A DNA stretch of 64,000 nt, taken from contig NC_092673.1 in the NCBI RefSeq assembly GCF_964355755.1, positions 12,372,948 to 12,436,947 on the forward strand, read 5' to 3'. This DNA is from Antedon mediterranea. Lineage: Eukaryota; Animalia; Echinodermata. Below the pieces are notes generated by a model. It ran no database searches and was not told where the DNA came from. It saw nothing but the letters and a program-made list of their open reading frames with translations. Made by a program: the position numbers and the translations under genes. Position 1 is the first letter of the stretch, and each line of letters begins with the position of its first letter. This document shows positions 14,169 to 25,551 of the stretch, in pieces.

Positions 14169-15559
14169 ATATGTTTTGTCAAATAAAAAATAATATAAGT
14201 TTTGGGTATGATGCGTCTCACATGCACACAGAGCCAAGATATAAGGAGATTGGACTTGCACCGTGCGTGGGCCCTACCCTTACGGTTTTCATTTATATTA
14301 TCATCCCATGCTGTTATTCTAATATCTTGTTTCTTTCTATTTCATTCTATACGATCACTTCATATTTTTATGTCTTGGTGAAAAGGGAGGCTCCGGCCTC
14401 CCCTGGGTTTATAGCCTCTCTACCCAAACAACAGCACACATGGTAAATTCATTTTTTTCTATTAATGTTTGTATATAAATGCGACGTATTACTATTGTAT
14501 CGTATAAATGATATACAAAATATTAAGTACTTTATATATATATATAAGTACTTTATGCAGTTACACAAAGTATACTGTATATAAAATGTAATTTTGCATT
14601 ATCATGTAGATTATAGGCCTACTGTACTTTTCTACACGAAATAGATGGCGCAGAGTCGAAACTTAACTATATTAACGACACAATCTAGCTATTTTTAAAT
14701 GCGAAATAATTTTGAAAAAACCTAAAGTTTTAGGAGGGACATTTGTTGATGCATTGATGATGTATTGTCCCCTGAAAAATGGTAAATGTTCCATAATAGT
14801 TATTCACTTTGACCAAAAATGGATCAAAACAATTTTGTTTTCCTGAAAAAACTGTACCAACAGCCAATGGGTTTTTGGTTTAATATAACCGTTTGTTTTT
14901 TATTTTTATAATATAAGTGAAAACATTTTTTTTCTTTTTTTTTTGGGCGGAAAGGAAGGCTCAGTAGTCCTCAACAATTAAAAAAACAATAAAAGTGTTC
15001 TTTTATATCATGCTCGTCTAAATTCGTGTCAAATTCATTTACTATCGTATCGGCTGAAACCATGAGTATTTATGAAATCTAAATTTTGTAATATGTATGC
15101 AGACAAAGAATAACTAAAATTTAATTCCTCACTTTGAAGAATAAATAGGTGATAATTTTATAATTTTACTGACATTTCATTTTAAAACAGATGCAGTTAC
15201 GTTAAAATACGATAGCAAAACGTTGATGTATGTCATCCTATGAGCTGATGCATATAGGCTACGCTTATTATAGTGCTGAGTTGTGTATGTTTCATATACA
15301 ATATACAGTGTTTACTATATACAGTGTAGCAAAGGTGAAATTACGAAACACACATCATTGGTATGATGACGTTATCAAAATCAAACACGAAGATGACAAA
15401 TTCAAAATCGATTAAAATGGAATATTCAACAAACAATATTATATGAGAACCCTCTTTTTTAAACCCTTCAGTGCAAGTTAAAGTTATATATTATTAAAAA
15501 CAAATTCTAAACCGATCGGTGATATACTGAAAATGTATTAATTTGGAACGATAATAACA

Positions 15560-16700
15560 TTCATTTATTCATTCATTTTATTGTTCCACATAAAAGATAT
15601 CACAAGACAAGACAAAGAAAAAAAGAAAAAAACCTGGTTAATTATTTGTTTATGTGTGGAAACTTAAATAAGCCAAATACATGACATTGTACATGGTAAC
15701 GTAAATTGCTTTCTAAAAAAAAAAAAAAAAAAAAAAAAAGTCAAACAGATTTGATTGAATATAAATAGAAGGAAAAGTAAGAAATAAATTCCATAGTAAC
15801 AAACTTATTAACTATCTATTAATATTGATGGATTAAGAACTGTTTGTATTTTTTTTTAAACGAAAGTAATGTTTGTGATAATTTAATGTTTAAAGTTAAA
15901 TTATTCCATAAAAATGGTCCGTTAAAAATGAAAGAATTTTTCCTGAGGGCTATAGTGTACTTTTCATAAATAAAATGTTTCCGGGTAGATGACCTGGTCT
16001 TATAAGGATGAAGCTGACTAAACATTGTAAACAACGAGTTAAAATGAGAAGGGAGTTGGTTATTAATAACACGAAACATAAATACAAGAGTTTGCAGTTT
16101 GTTAATATCGAATATGTTTAAAGTGTTTAGCTGATGGAATAATTGCCTTGTATGGGATCTTGGGGGTGCTCCAGTGCAAATCCTTATAGAGCCTTCTTTT
16201 GAAGCTTAAAGAGACAGTGAATTTAGGATGTTGATGGAATATCAGTCTGCAAAATGTTGTTAGAAATTGAAGCCCAAGCAATATTACAGTAGGTTAAGTA
16301 TGGTAAAATGAGAGTGTTGTAAAGCAAAAATAAAATATTGTATGGAAGAATATATTTTAATTTACTTAAAACACCAACATTTTTAGACACTGTTTTATTA
16401 GTAATCGCAATGTGTGTTTGCCAGTTCAATTTTGAATCAGTTTGAATTTAAACCCAAAGAAATTTTAAATTGTTCCCTTTTTATATTGGGTTTCCATCGG
16501 TTATAATATCAAAAGGAAAAGTATTGTTACGGCTGTTCTTTTGTGTAAAGTAGATGAAGTTAGTTTTAGATGTGTAAACCTAAAGAAACTCTATCAAGCT
16601 CAGAATTAACATTAACAAGAGTGTTTAAATTTTTGTGAGAAAAGAAAATATTGCTGTCATCTGCGAATAAGATAAATTGGAAAATGAGGAAATATGTGAG
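15560..16700 (-). mobile_element. 3' fragment of a CR1/L2-group LINE inside the Ginger element
   Basis: IYLFADDSN at about 16660-16680; LYNTLILPYLTYCNIAWA; GPFLWNNL; (AATG)n-like tail near 15560. Confidence 0.75.
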
Positions 16701-19612
16701 AATATATAATCAAACCTTATTTAATCAAAATATATAAATACAACAATGAATGAACTACGCTAAATACCCCCTCCCCCTTCCCCCAAAGAAAAAAATCAGA
16801 GGGCGCTATTACTTTATCCTACAATTTTTACAATGGAATAATGGAAGATTCCGAACCGAAACGCCGATTTATCCTTGCACATTATTTTTAAATCACTCCG
16901 TTTCGATAATTTCTTTTCGATTTTAAATACGGTAATATTTAGTATATTTACTCTAAGCATAGTTGACATCAACCATTTGGACTTTTTCCAGGCTTCTTAT
17001 GACATTTTTAAGGATAAATAAGCGATTTTGAAGGCCGGACCTGTTTTAGCGGTTGTTTCAACGCCAAAATCGATCCGACCGGATCAGTTTTGGCCCTGGA
17101 CCAATTTTCGCGTTACACTTCGACTTAAAACAGCCGAATCCAAAAAAACGTAAATTTGCTGAAGAAGCTTCGAGCTTCAACTGCAGAGGCTAAATGTGAT
17201 ATTAGTGTGGGTCTTTCCGAAGCTACCTTTTTAAAGCCAAGTGAGAGTGATGAGGATTTGCTGTTGGGGGTAGACTCCCTTGTACTTTGTGAATTGTGCA
17301 TCCCCAAGCAAGTGTCAAGGGAAATTGTGAACGTCTGGCCTCAACTGAACGCCTTCCTCGTCCAGTAAAAAACTGACCTTCCTGCCTTTTGATGGGGACA
17401 GCTCCAGGGTGCATCTGTTTGTATTCGCTATTTGCAATTGCTTCCTTTCCCACTCGCTCACTGTCGAACGTCACAAAGACAACATGTACCTGATCACCAC
17501 TGCTGTATATCCCCCAGTGATAGTTCCAATACACCATTTGCCAGTCCGTCTGCAACATTAATATTTACAGTAACCATGACTCTAGCTTCTATGGCAACTG
17601 ACACAACTTCTCGAAGCCCACCAGTGTTAGAAGCCTTCGCTGAAATGGCAACATCAAATTGGCCAGTGTGGACATCCTTCCACTTATCAATGGCTGAAAT
17701 GTTGAATACCTGGGATGCCAGTTTCTGTAAATGACTTTGGTTATGCACGTCCACTTCTTTATTTGTTTTGAAAACGTGAAGCGCATCCGTTGGGTAAAGT
17801 GGGCTAAACTTGGAAATTTGTCGTGATTTCAAAATGATAATGTCATCTTCGGTACAGTTACTTGTTCTGACTCGCATCAGCAGTTGTGCAAAATCTTGAT
17901 CTTTTTTTTTTGTCTCATGCTCTCAGTAAGCTGCATCATTTTGAAGTTTTCTTGCCATAGTGATCCATGCAGCCTGGCATAGCTGCAATGAATCAAGGAA
18001 GATAAAAGCATTACACCACAAGAAGTGATTATTGTTGGGGGGCACAATTATGGACATTTGTGATTATTTCGAACATAAACTTTACTATACTAAGATGTTG
18101 TCATTGTAATGAGACTGTAGTGACATTGTACTTACTTGTCTCCTGGAAGACCAAACACATGATTTTGGCCAACAGGCTGTAGTTGATACAAGTCGCCAAC
18201 AGCCAGGATGCTGACGCCCCCAAATCGGGTTTCTGGATCACATCTTCCTGTAATGTCTCCTAGCCGTCGGTGAATGTGGTAAAGAAGGTCAGCACCTACC
18301 ATGGATATCTCATCAATGATGAGTAACTTTATCTTCCCTAACCTTGACCTGAGGGTGTTAAGTCTCACGCTGCTTGCTGGAAGGTACTCCTTCTTGGCCC
18401 TTGGACCACATTGAAAACTGAAAGCTGAGTGCAGTTTCATGCCATCAATGCTGAATGCAGTACTGGAAGGTCATCTGGCTCAAAATGTCCTGACAGAGGC
18501 TTTAAGAGCTTCATAGTCTCTTTAGAGCTCGCATCATTTCTCTATACTGTGGTGGCGTCATGAGCTGTTTACCTAGTTATATTGAAAATCTTGCATGAAG
18601 TTCCGATCGGGCAGTGGATGGGGTGTGGTCCATCTCAAAGTTGCTGTTTCTGTCTTCTATATGCAGGGGTCGTTCTTCAATTATGCCTTCAGCAACCTGG
18701 TCTGCCTGGTTTTGTGCTGCACCGGGTGCTATAACATCCCAGGCGTGCTCAAGAGGTCCAATTTGTTGCAGATCAACTAGTGCTTGGTCCACAGCATCGG
18801 CGTTTTGTGTGAATTTGCGTTCATTTGCTCTAACAACTGCCTGAATATTCAAACGATTCAAAATGTCCCTGAAGATTTGTAGGAATAGTGTGTAATAGGA
18901 TATACCTCTCAATTTTACACTCTGCTCAAATGCCAGTTCATCTTGTTTTTCTTCATGTTCTTGTCTTTCAATCTGGACAAATGTTTCTGCATTAGTATTT
19001 GTATAACTCTGTCTAATACGACATAGTGGATTTCTCCCATCAGACCAATGGTGATTGTGTTGTCATTCTTTGCTGCCTTGGTTGTATGTCATGAATCCAG
19101 TCAGGCGTTATTGTGTTGATGACCCGAATGTTAATATTAAGCATATCAGCCACACCCTGAACTGCGAGGTTATCAGCCCATTCTCCACACTGCAACTGAT
19201 GGATATAGGTTTTGAATTGCTCGAGCTGCCTATTTTCAGTTGTGGACGGTGATGTTGATGTTCCTTGTTCATCTGCCCGTAAATTAGGCAACTGAAGAAA
19301 AGCAGGATAATCTTCAGGAACATCCGTTGACTTAGTTCAGCACCACTGAGTGGATGTATCCCTGCAGCAGCAAGAGAAGTAGAGGTGGCGTGAAAAAAAC
19401 AGTTGTCTTCACCAGGAGTGTCTTTTACCTTATAACCATAGCGTTGAGCTAAATGCTCCAGTATTTGATAATCATTTTCACTGGGAGTGGTGATACTGGT
19501 GTGTATGTTGGTATAATGGTCTGTGCAATCAGATGAAACATTAAAGGTTTCTTCTTTTTCTTCAACACACATTTCTGTAACTGCTCCCCATAAATCAGCA
19601 TCATCTTCTTTC

Positions 19613-22600
19613 AGTAGACAATGGTCTACTAGCATCAGTGGGAAGCTAGCCCTGTACTTTCAATCTGACTGTGCATATTGTTATGTAAATGACCTTGTAC
19701 ACCTCATGCTTGAAGATCTGCTGTTGTCATGCTAATTAGCTATAGCTCTGAGTTTCTTCATGGTTTACAGGGCTGTGTAACCAACAACAGTTGTGAACTT
19801 CCTGAAGAATCTTGCTTAATTATACAATCTTTTAAGTTGAACTCCAGTAGCTGTAGTATCCACCTATTACCAAGGAGGCCAAAAAGAAAAACCAGGCGTG
19901 GTACAAGAGCTGGGCGTGACAAACACACTAAAAACAATCTATCATTTCCGGACTTATCATCAAACTCTCTCTTATCTAAAAACAATATTAAATTTTGCAG
20001 TATTAATACAAGATCCGTTCGGAACAAAACAACAGAATTTGTGGATTTCGTTATCGAACATAATCTGGATGTTGTTGCCCTTTCGGAAACGTGGCTTAAA
20101 CCAGAAGACACATCAGTTATAGGAAATATTACACCCAACGGATACTCTCTCAAACATGCTCCCCGTGCTGGTACTAAAAGAGGTGGTGGAGTTGCACTTC
20201 TTTACAAGGAAAGCATAGCGGTTAAATGTTATGACACGGGATTATTACCAAAATCATTTGAACTGCTAAATGTGGAAATAGTCAGCAATGCATCCTCAGT
20301 TTTCCTCGTAGCAGTATATCGTCCTCAAAGCAAATCAACGGGTTGCAGTCTAAATGTTTTCACTGAAGAATTCTCAACTTTGGTTGATCACTATGTATTG
20401 AAGCCGGCTCCCATACTATTCGTTGGAGACTTTAACATCCATGTGGATATGCCAAATGATGCAGATGCAATTCATTTTCGGAATCTACTTGTAGCAAGCA
20501 GTCTTCAACAGCATGTGTCTACACCTACACACCGACATGGTCATACATTAGACTTGCTGATCACTCGTTCATCTGATCCTCCTGTTTTCTCAAACCTTAA
20601 TGTCATTGATGGTATATCAGATCACTATGCAATCACATGTAATCTCCTTATCAAGAAGCCACCCGTAATCACTAAATCCATCGAAACTCGTCATTGGAAT
20701 GCTATAAATTTTGAGACATTATGTAAAGATATCACACAGTCTGATCTCGGAACTTCGCTCTCAAATCTTGATTTATCAAGTAAAGTACGACTATATGTCA
20801 CCACTTTGAGTGAACTTCTTGACAAACACGCACCACCGAAAAAGAGAACAGTTAAGGTCCGACCAAACACTAGTTGGTATAACAGTGACATCTATGCTGA
20901 GAAAAGAACAAAGCGTAAGCTTGAAAAGAAATGGAGAATCTCTCATCTGGAAATAGATCGTCAAGCTTACATTGCACAGAAGAGGAATGTAAATTCCATG
21001 GTAAGAAAGGCAAAGGCCAACTACTACATTGGCTTGTGTGAAGAACATGCAGCAGATCAGAAAGGACTTTTTAAAATTGTTAACCAACTCCTTCATCATC
21101 GCCAGGTATCACCTCTCCCAGATAGTCTTTCTGACTTAGATCTTGCGAACAGGTTCTGTCAGTTTTTCACAGACAAGATCAAGATCATCAGAGACGACTT
21201 CAAGATTGATGACATGTCATTTAATGAGCCTGTGACAGCTGTTCATCAGCATCTCACAACATTTACACCAGCATCTCAAGATGAGATCCGCAACATTCTG
21301 ATGAAATCACCAACAAAATCATGCAGGTTAGATCCAGTTCCTACTTCTATACTGAAGAAGTGTATAGACGCAGTCGTTCCAATAATAACGGAAATCATTA
21401 ACCATTCTCTTAATACCGGCATAGTGCCAGATGAACTGAAAATTGCTCACGTTCGTCCTTTAATAAAAAAGCAAAACTTGGATCATAACACGCTGAATAA
21501 TTACCGCCCGGTGTCGAATCTTTCTTTTCTTGGAAAGACTCTGGAGCGTGTAGTGACATCACGCATTACTCCATATCTTCAAAAGCATAATTTAAATGAG
21601 AATTACCAGTCGGCATATCGTGCATGTCATAGCACGGAGAGTTCCCTTTTAAAGGTACAGAATGATTTGTTACAAGGAATGAATGATGGGAAAATAACGC
21701 TATTGGTGTTGTTGGATTTGTCAGCAGCGTTTGATACAGTTGATCACCAAAGACTGATAACCCGTCTGAGAAATCGCATTGGCATAAATGGTGTTGCTCT
21801 TAACTGGTTCCAGTCATATCTTACAGGAAGACGTCAGCTAGTCTGTATCAATGATGCATTCTCAGATGAAGCTTGCCTGGAATATGGTGTACCACAGGGG
21901 TCAGTAATTGGGCCTGGCCAGTTTTCCATTTATACGCTTCCCCTTGGTGACATTATTCGCAAACACAGTCTACATTTCCATTTCTATGCAGATGATACAC
22001 AGATTTATGTGTCAGTAAATCCAGTGCAAAGGGATGTTGCTGCAGCAATCAGTAAGATGGAAGCCTGTATAGAAGATGTTCGCAATTGGATGACAACAAA
22101 TTACCTAAAGTTGAATGATGGAAAGACAGAGTTTATTATCGTCGGGTCTAAATGTAACATCTCCAAAATCAACATCACACATATCAGAATCGGAAACTCT
22201 AACATCGCTCCCTCATCGGTGGTCCGGAATCTGGGAATCATGCTGGATAGTAATCTCACTATGGAAGCACAAATAACAACTGTATCCAAAGCAGCATGCA
22301 TATCGATTAGGAACCTTGGTCGTATTCGCGGTAATCTTAACAAGAAAACAGCTGAATTGATTGTACACTCATTTGTCACTTCTAAAATTGACATTGGTAA
22401 TGCCTTGTTGTTTGGCATACCAAAATCTCAAATACAACGTTTGCAGCGCTTGCAAAATATGGCAGCTAGAATTGTAACTTATACAAAATCAAACGCTCAC
22501 ATAACTCCTGTCCTGATGGATTTGCATTGGTTGCCTGTTCAACAACGTATTAAGTACAAACTTGCGTTGTTTGTATTCAAGATCCTAAATGACAGTGCTC

Positions 22601-22921
22601 CTGCTTATTTATCTGACCTTGTGGATCGTTACCAATCATCCCGCAGAGGCCTACGATCATTGTCACAAAACCTTCTTCAAGAGCGTAGAGCGAAAAATCA
22701 GTGGGGTCAGAGATCTTTTTACGTTGCGGCCGCAAGTGTATGGAACAGCTTACCAGCAACAGTTAAATGCTCAACTAGTCTAAACAGTTTCAAGACCAAC
22801 CTAAAGACGTCGCTATTCGCTGATGTTCTCGCACGTTGTTAATGCACAAAGCGCCATGAGCGCCACATGGGTGGAGGATACCGGCGCTATATAAGTTTTC
22901 ATTTATTATTATCATTTATTA
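19613..22921 (+). mobile_element. Apparently full-length L2-clade LINE
   Basis: TTTC TSD at 19609-19612 and 22922-22925; excision restores Helentron codons WESHW-K-EDDADLW; 3' end AAGCGCC...GGCGCTATATAAG plus (ATT)n-like tail. Confidence 0.9.
19729..22842 (+). CDS. LINE polyprotein: APE endonuclease plus reverse transcriptase (1037 aa, uninterrupted)
   Basis: LSETWL, GGGVA, GDFNIH, HTLDL, SDH (endonuclease); NYRPVSNL, LDLSAAFDTVDH, GVPQGSVIGP, YADDTQ (RT); LHWLPV C-terminus. Confidence 0.95.
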   Translation: MLISYSSEFLHGLQGCVTNNSCELPEESCLIIQSFKLNSSSCSIHLLPRRPKRKTRRGTRAGRDKHTKNNLSFPDLSSNSLLSKNNIKFCSINTRSVRNKTTEFVDFVIEHNLDVVALSETWLKPEDTSVIGNITPNGYSLKHAPRAGTKRGGGVALLYKESIAVKCYDTGLLPKSFELLNVEIVSNASSVFLVAVYRPQSKSTGCSLNVFTEEFSTLVDHYVLKPAPILFVGDFNIHVDMPNDADAIHFRNLLVASSLQQHVSTPTHRHGHTLDLLITRSSDPPVFSNLNVIDGISDHYAITCNLLIKKPPVITKSIETRHWNAINFETLCKDITQSDLGTSLSNLDLSSKVRLYVTTLSELLDKHAPPKKRTVKVRPNTSWYNSDIYAEKRTKRKLEKKWRISHLEIDRQAYIAQKRNVNSMVRKAKANYYIGLCEEHAADQKGLFKIVNQLLHHRQVSPLPDSLSDLDLANRFCQFFTDKIKIIRDDFKIDDMSFNEPVTAVHQHLTTFTPASQDEIRNILMKSPTKSCRLDPVPTSILKKCIDAVVPIITEIINHSLNTGIVPDELKIAHVRPLIKKQNLDHNTLNNYRPVSNLSFLGKTLERVVTSRITPYLQKHNLNENYQSAYRACHSTESSLLKVQNDLLQGMNDGKITLLVLLDLSAAFDTVDHQRLITRLRNRIGINGVALNWFQSYLTGRRQLVCINDAFSDEACLEYGVPQGSVIGPGQFSIYTLPLGDIIRKHSLHFHFYADDTQIYVSVNPVQRDVAAAISKMEACIEDVRNWMTTNYLKLNDGKTEFIIVGSKCNISKINITHIRIGNSNIAPSSVVRNLGIMLDSNLTMEAQITTVSKAACISIRNLGRIRGNLNKKTAELIVHSFVTSKIDIGNALLFGIPKSQIQRLQRLQNMAARIVTYTKSNAHITPVLMDLHWLPVQQRIKYKLALFVFKILNDSAPAYLSDLVDRYQSSRRGLRSLSQNLLQERRAKNQWGQRSFYVAAASVWNSLPATVKCSTSLNSFKTNLKTSLFADVLARC

Positions 22922-23581
22922 TTTCCAATGGGATTCCCACTCTTGGCATATCGTAATGTCTGCATAAAGAAAATTATTAGCTTGAAGCCAGTGCAGTGCG
23001 TCCATTACCCTCTTTGGTCTTACATAGTCGTACATGTAGTGACTTTTAAACTCGAGCTTTCTCTTCAGCTTGAATGGAACAACCTCGGCAGTCTCTGGAA
23101 GTATAAGTAGCAAAGATGTTATGGAGTCCAGCTTCGATGGGACATTGACTGCACTACCATGGATCGGCTTTTGACCTCCTCTGGGTAATCCAACCAGCTT
23201 CATAAATGGTATGCGTTGACTAATTAATTGCAACTCCAGCGGTCTCAGATCTTCAAGTTCTGGAGGTATGTCATCCAGAGCTAGTCCGTTTGCCCAAGAT
23301 TGTGGTGACACGTTCTGCATATCCAACTTTTTTCGTTGGTTTGTATATCTTGTCTTGACTGAATAATTGAATCAATAGCAGTATTAGTTGACAGATATTT
23401 TTCTTCTCTCATATAAAAAAAGTATGTAGCAGCAGCAACACATATATATGGGCCCTTCAGAAACCTTTGTCAAAAAGGTGTCAGTCGCATATTTAACTGT
23501 GGGAATAGTATGCTTTCTTGCATGTCCCTCTTTCTTCATTCCAGTTTTGTTTGAGCTATGACGCCTTTCTGTGTCGTCTGA

Positions 23582-23875
23582 TGTTTCTGCTGATTGGCGT
23601 TTTTGAACACCTTTCTTAGCTGCAGCACGCCGATTTGCTGTTTCTCCTGGTGTTTCTGCTGATAGGCATTTTTGAACACCTTTCTTAGCTGCAGCACGCC
23701 GATTTGCAGTGTCTCCTGGTGTTTCTGCTGATCGGCGTTTTTGAACACCTTTCTTAGCTGCAGCACGCCGATTTGCAGTGTCTCCTGGTGTTTCTGCTGA
23801 TCGGCTTGTTTGAACACCTTTCTTGGCTGCAGCACGGCTATTTGATTCGTCTTCTGGTGTTTCTGTTGATCGACG
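23582..23875 (-). repeat. 69-bp coding tandem repeat (about 4.3 copies) encoding 23-aa STPR-like units
   Basis: Units start at 23582, 23651, 23720, 23789 and 23858; the Helentron frame reads ETPGDTANRRAAAKKGVQKRRSA. Confidence 0.85.
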
Positions 23876-24166
23876 CCTGGAAATACCTTATTGTACAAAA
23901 AAAATAAACAAAGAATAATTTTTGGATATATATGCCCATTCGTGAAAACGAAACATTGACGTTAGATCCAGTGGAATAGCATCACTGACGAACGCTACAA
24001 GAGATTACAATGTCAGATGATCTCAAGGTCATATACTTGCACGTCAACATTAATGTCCACGTAATCTAAACGTTAATATATATGTCGACGAGTAACAGTT
24101 GACGACCAGTCATGTGGACATGGACTTCGTTCACTCAAATTTAAAATTCCCTAATAACTTGACGCC

Positions 24167-24396
24167 TGTCACAGTATTGACATAATACAGTTAAGACTTA
24201 ATTAATATACTATCTGCTGCCACCTACAGTTATGACTTAACTAATTTAACTGTCTGCTGCAATCTATTCTGAGTTGACCTTTTGGCTGAATAAACACTTC
24301 CATATTGCTACATGTTGTGTGAGTCTGTTTTACTACTGTGTTTGAATCTAGAAATACTTCCTAAAGCATTCACCCTCAAGAACATATAACACGACA
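24167..24396 (+). mobile_element. Solo LTR (230 bp)
   Basis: TGTC...GACA termini; 5-bp ACGCC TSD at 24162-24166 and 24397-24401; AATAAA at about 24289. Confidence 0.75.
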
Positions 24397-24595
24397 ACGC
24401 CGAAATACATTCTGTATTAGTGTTCAATAACACATTACTGAGATAATTCTGACCAGAAACAATACTTGTTTTTCCTGGTGTATGCCTAATATGCCTACTT
24501 TGAGGGCGAGAAACAATGTACGGGCGGTTTCGAATTTGGTCTAGATGCTTGATTTATTGTTTTGAAACGATAAGACGTGGAGCCCTGCCCTATCC

Positions 24596-24820
24596 GAGAT
24601 TCGAACCCAGAACCAACTGAATGCAAACAATATGCATATGTCCTAACCATTAGACTATATATTTCAAATAAACCGAGATTTGAACCCGGAACCTACTGTT
24701 TGATATGCATATGTCCTAACCATTAGACTATATATTTCAAATAAACTGAGATTTGAACCCGGAACCAACTGTTTGATATGCATATATCCTAACCATTATA
24801 CTATATATTTCAAATAAATA
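24596..24820 (-). repeat. Three tandem tRNA-like units (73-79 bp)
   Basis: Units at 24596, 24675 and 24748; minus strand has A box TAGTCTAATGG (TAGTATAATGG in one unit) and B box GGTTC(A/G)AATC. Confidence 0.7.
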
Positions 24821-25551
24821 GAAACACTCGATACCTTGTCTCACGGAATCCAGGCGACTTTTCCTGTCCTCTGGAGTTTTCTCTTCTCTCCGCTTTTTCA
24901 TGTTAGCGCTGTCTCTTCCTTTGATCGGCACTTTTTGATCTAGAACGCGGCATGATTTGAAAAGTCTTATTTTTATTTTTAAACAGAAGTCCAATTCATT
25001 AAAAATTTTCTATTGGCAGTCACTTTCTCATATCAAACAGACCACCGGTGAACAGACTTATGAATAGATGTATAGTCTTATTCCAATAATTCAGGCCGTG
25101 TATTTGCATTTAAGGTACATGTACATTCTAAAACTAAAACTGGGCGCGTATGCAATGCCACTGGTTCATACCGTGCATTTGCATTTAAGGTACCTGGACA
25201 TTCTAACAATAAAACTGGGTGCGTATGAAATCAGCAAACCTATGGTGGAAGAAGGGTTCCAGATACCCCCCGACGGATGTTGAACCGTGCTAAACAAGCC
25301 TTCGCACTTGGCTGGGGTACTTGGCCGGAATGCAATTGTAGACAAAAAATCTAGTTAATGACTAGGGCGTATCCCTCATACTTTTTGGTTTGGACGTTGT
25401 TGGTTACTTTTTGTATTTTTTTGTATCTTTGGTTTCGTATGCCCAGTGTATACGCACGTATGTATGCATGTGTGTATTTTATTGTTACAGTAACATTTTG
25501 AGCAATATTTATTTTAAACAATGTATACTGGTTGCGCTTTTCTGATAATTC

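Larger units (their letters stand above)
11391..17117 (+). mobile_element. Ginger1 DNA transposon, internally deleted
   Basis: TGT...ACA termini; 4-bp CTTC TSD at 11387-11390 and 17118-17121; ~250-bp imperfect TIRs with repeated CCAAAA..GGTCCGG motifs. Confidence 0.9.
17277..25356 (-). mobile_element. Decayed Helentron/Helitron RepHel element
   Basis: Domain order on minus: STPR-like repeats; KVSEGPIYMCCCC zinc finger; NGLALDDIPPEL...KLKRKL...VMDALHWL (DUF6570-like); OTU (PGEDNCFFHA, GEWAD); PIF1 helicase (LLIIDEISMVG, FGGVSILAVGDLYQLQPV, QFPLTLAWGCTIHKVQG). Rep core not seen. The 5' end at AACTAGA (about 25356) is tentative. Confidence 0.85.

Noticed and set aside
19758-22783. Short antisense and alternative-frame ORFs overlapping the LINE ORF
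   Set aside because: Shadow ORFs of a long coding sequence; no motifs.
23536-23898. ORF-track protein with KHQETLQIGVLQLRKV repeats
   Set aside because: Wrong frame; the alternative frame is continuous with Helentron motifs.
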